The position numbers were made by a program, and so were the translations under genes. Positions 62,249 to 64,000 of a DNA stretch of 64,000 nt are shown in pieces; position 1 is the stretch's first letter, and each line of letters starts with the position of its first letter. This DNA comes from Methanolobus sp. (GTDB lineage Archaea > Halobacteriota > Methanosarcinia > Methanosarcinales > Methanosarcinaceae), in contig JAASSR010000001.1 in the NCBI GenBank assembly GCA_021767785.1, forward strand, positions 7,745 through 71,744, given 5' to 3'. The notes below the pieces were generated by a model that was not told the DNA's origin, made no database searches, and worked only from the letters and a program-made list of their open reading frames with translations.

Positions 62249-62818
62249 ATGGTCGGATATTCAAGGGAAGTTGCCAGGAGAGTATTTGCTCAGGAGTTCA
62301 GGGAATCCAATCTCACGTTCAAGGATGGTGATGATCAATATGCTCCTCAGTATCTTATGACGCCAACCGGAGCAAAGGTAAATCGTGTATTCATAGTTGG
62401 GACTCTCATTGAGAAAGAAGATATTGGTACCGACTCCGAGTACTGGCGTGGTCGGGTCACAGATCCTACGGGTTCATTCCTGATATATGCAGGTCAGTAT
62501 CAGCCGGAAGCTGCTCAGATATTGGCTGAATGCGAAACACCGGCCTTTGTTGCTGTTGTTGGCAAACCAAGCACATACACTACAGGTGAAGGAGATGTCC
62601 TGACCTCGGTACGTCCTGAATCATTCCATATTGTGGATGGACAGACAAGAGATCTGTGGGTACTGGAAACTGCAGAATGTACTATTGAAAGAATAAAGGC
62701 TCTTGAGGATGGTACGTCACCGAATATTCAAAAGGCAAAAGAATATTACGATCCCGATATAAAACATTACTCTTCAATTGTTCTGGATGCTCTGAAATCC
62801 TTGAAAGAAACATTTTGA
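62249..62818 (+). CDS. RPA-associated OB-fold protein (COG3390), short form
   Basis: REVARRVFAQEF, TPTGAKVNRVFIVG, DPTGSF.IYAGQYQPEA. Confidence 0.87.
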   Translation: MVGYSREVARRVFAQEFRESNLTFKDGDDQYAPQYLMTPTGAKVNRVFIVGTLIEKEDIGTDSEYWRGRVTDPTGSFLIYAGQYQPEAAQILAECETPAFVAVVGKPSTYTTGEGDVLTSVRPESFHIVDGQTRDLWVLETAECTIERIKALEDGTSPNIQKAKEYYDPDIKHYSSIVLDALKSLKETF

Positions 62819-62928
62819 AGTGTGAATGGGAAAGAGTATTTAATCTTCTTACTCTTTCACTTTTCAAATATAAAGCACCAACCAAAAATGCCATAAGTAA
62901 CGCCAGCATTGAATTCTATGGGTGTTGT

Positions 62929-63162
62929 ATGAAAACTTATCTAATGCTCTGGTTCAATAGTAACGGTGCTTTCCCTTCAGAAGTGAACAGGAGTCTGATG
63001 TCTCTCGGTTTCAAACCTGTTCAGGGAAATTATGACTATGTTTACGAATGGGAAGACAATGTGGATCTTAATGAAATACTTCTGTTTACCGATAAGATTC
63101 AGATGACATTGAATGGTACAGGCGTTATGTTCAAAACAGAAACTATCAATGGCCAGGATTAA
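62929..63162 (+). CDS. Small hypothetical protein (77 aa)
   Basis: MKTYLMLWFNSNG..PSEV...LGF....GNYDYVYEW. GGGTG SD before ATG 62929. Confidence 0.65.
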   Translation: MKTYLMLWFNSNGAFPSEVNRSLMSLGFKPVQGNYDYVYEWEDNVDLNEILLFTDKIQMTLNGTGVMFKTETINGQD

Positions 63163-63169
63163 GCCTTTT

Positions 63170-63715
63170 TCAGCTCCCATCTTCTCCAAGTTTACGGGAA
63201 AAGTCGATATATCCGCAGGATTGTCCTGTTATAGGGATTATATTCGTGCTTATTGTGGCATTATAGATTCCGATTTCAACTGCACAGGGGTCTGACATAC
63301 GTGGTTTTGTAGGTGACCCCGGGCAGATAAGAAGCACATCACTTTTTTCGATAACAGGTCTGTGAAGGTGGCCGAAAACAAGTATATCAACACCCATTTC
63401 AAGGGCCATGTATCTTGCTGCTGTAGTATCAACGATTGATAGTGAAGCCTGATGAATAACTCCTATCTTCACTCCATCGACTTCAAATACAAGCTTTTCA
63501 GGAAGGATGTCTTTGATAGGGGCTTCGTCTGAATTTCCGTGTACTGCTTTAAGTTTGCCGGTTGCGTCAAGTGCTTTGAAAAAAGACAGTGAATCAAAAT
63601 CTCCTGCGTGTATTATGATGTCATATGGATCAAAAAGATCTTCAAGGTAGGGTGGAATCCTTTCATTATTAAGATGCGTGTCCGATATAACAATGATCTT
63701 CATGATATCACTCAA
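63170..63715 (-). CDS. YfcE/MJ0936-type metallophosphoesterase
   Basis: ISDTH, HAGD, VHGNSD, FGHLH, CPGS. Confidence 0.9.
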   Translation of the reverse strand: MSDIMKIIVISDTHLNNERIPPYLEDLFDPYDIIIHAGDFDSLSFFKALDATGKLKAVHGNSDEAPIKDILPEKLVFEVDGVKIGVIHQASLSIVDTTAARYMALEMGVDILVFGHLHRPVIEKSDVLLICPGSPTKPRMSDPCAVEIGIYNATISTNIIPITGQSCGYIDFSRKLGEDGS

Positions 63716-63727
63716 AATTACTGCAAA

Positions 63728-64000
63728 TTATTGAATATTAAGATCGACAAGTTCGTATTCGAGGTTCTCACTTTCAAGCCTGCTTAAGATGGAAGGTACC
63801 TCTTCGTCAATCGCAAGTACCAGTGATGAGAGACCATGGTATGCAGCTTCTATAACAGATTCTTTTGCCCCGAACATAACATCCGGTTCAAAGTCTATTC
63901 GCTTTAAAGCTATAAGAGACTCCACGCCTATGGTGGCTATATATGATTTGGATCTTGCAAGTGATCTCAAACGTTCTAAGTCTACATTGCGGGATCCGCC
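63728..64000 (-). CDS. C-terminal part of a probable COG1497-like transcriptional regulator (truncated by the window edge)
   Basis: Frame open to the edge: GGSRNVDLERL...GVES.IAL...FGA...IEAA.HG. Confidence 0.55.
   Translation of the reverse strand, partial: GGSRNVDLERLRSLARSKSYIATIGVESLIALKRIDFEPDVMFGAKESVIEAAYHGLSSLVLAIDEEVPSILSRLESENLEYELVDLNIQ

Noticed and set aside
63170..63715. Metallophosphoesterase as the RPA-operon-associated phosphoesterase
   Set aside because: It is on the opposite strand, follows a different upstream gene, and looks like the generic YfcE/MJ0936 family.

Overview
64 kb of an archaeal chromosome, a cytochrome-containing methanogen of the Methanosarcinaceae; this placement is inferred from the mmcA-rnf operon, an HMf-type histone and two RPA/RPAP operons. 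Left to right: enolase, a LarA-family racemase and a LysE exporter; a ~17 kb cluster of MacB/LolCDE-type ABC modules with COG1361 surface proteins, Yip1, PLDc_N and sensor proteins; an HTH-receiver plus Cache-kinase pair; tRNA-Ser(CGA) with a D-loop intron; the conserved priS-GINS-L44e-S27e-aIF2a-nop10-PAC2 cluster; rqcH-pelota; a SatP-family transporter; an oxidative-stress patch (FTR, glutaredoxin, Rieske, katG); dacZ, thpR, apbE; mmcA-rnfCDGEAB; rfcS, histone, flavodoxin; two RPA operons; an aldolase; and an AT-rich antiporter/permease pair. Best leads: (1) katG sits inside the decayed 5' and 3' ends of a monofunctional catalase gene; (2) an unannotated ~95 nt anti-SD-rich sRNA candidate with collinear complementarity to the satP leader 30 kb away; (3) the non-canonical tRNA intron; (4) a glutaredoxin carrying a copy of the neighbouring FTR N-terminus; (5) an 8-heme MmcA; (6) the ABC/COG1361 envelope cluster with a shared 17-bp operator-like motif. 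No CRISPR array, transposase, integrase or rRNA gene was seen. All family assignments come from motif recognition by eye; no database searches were run.
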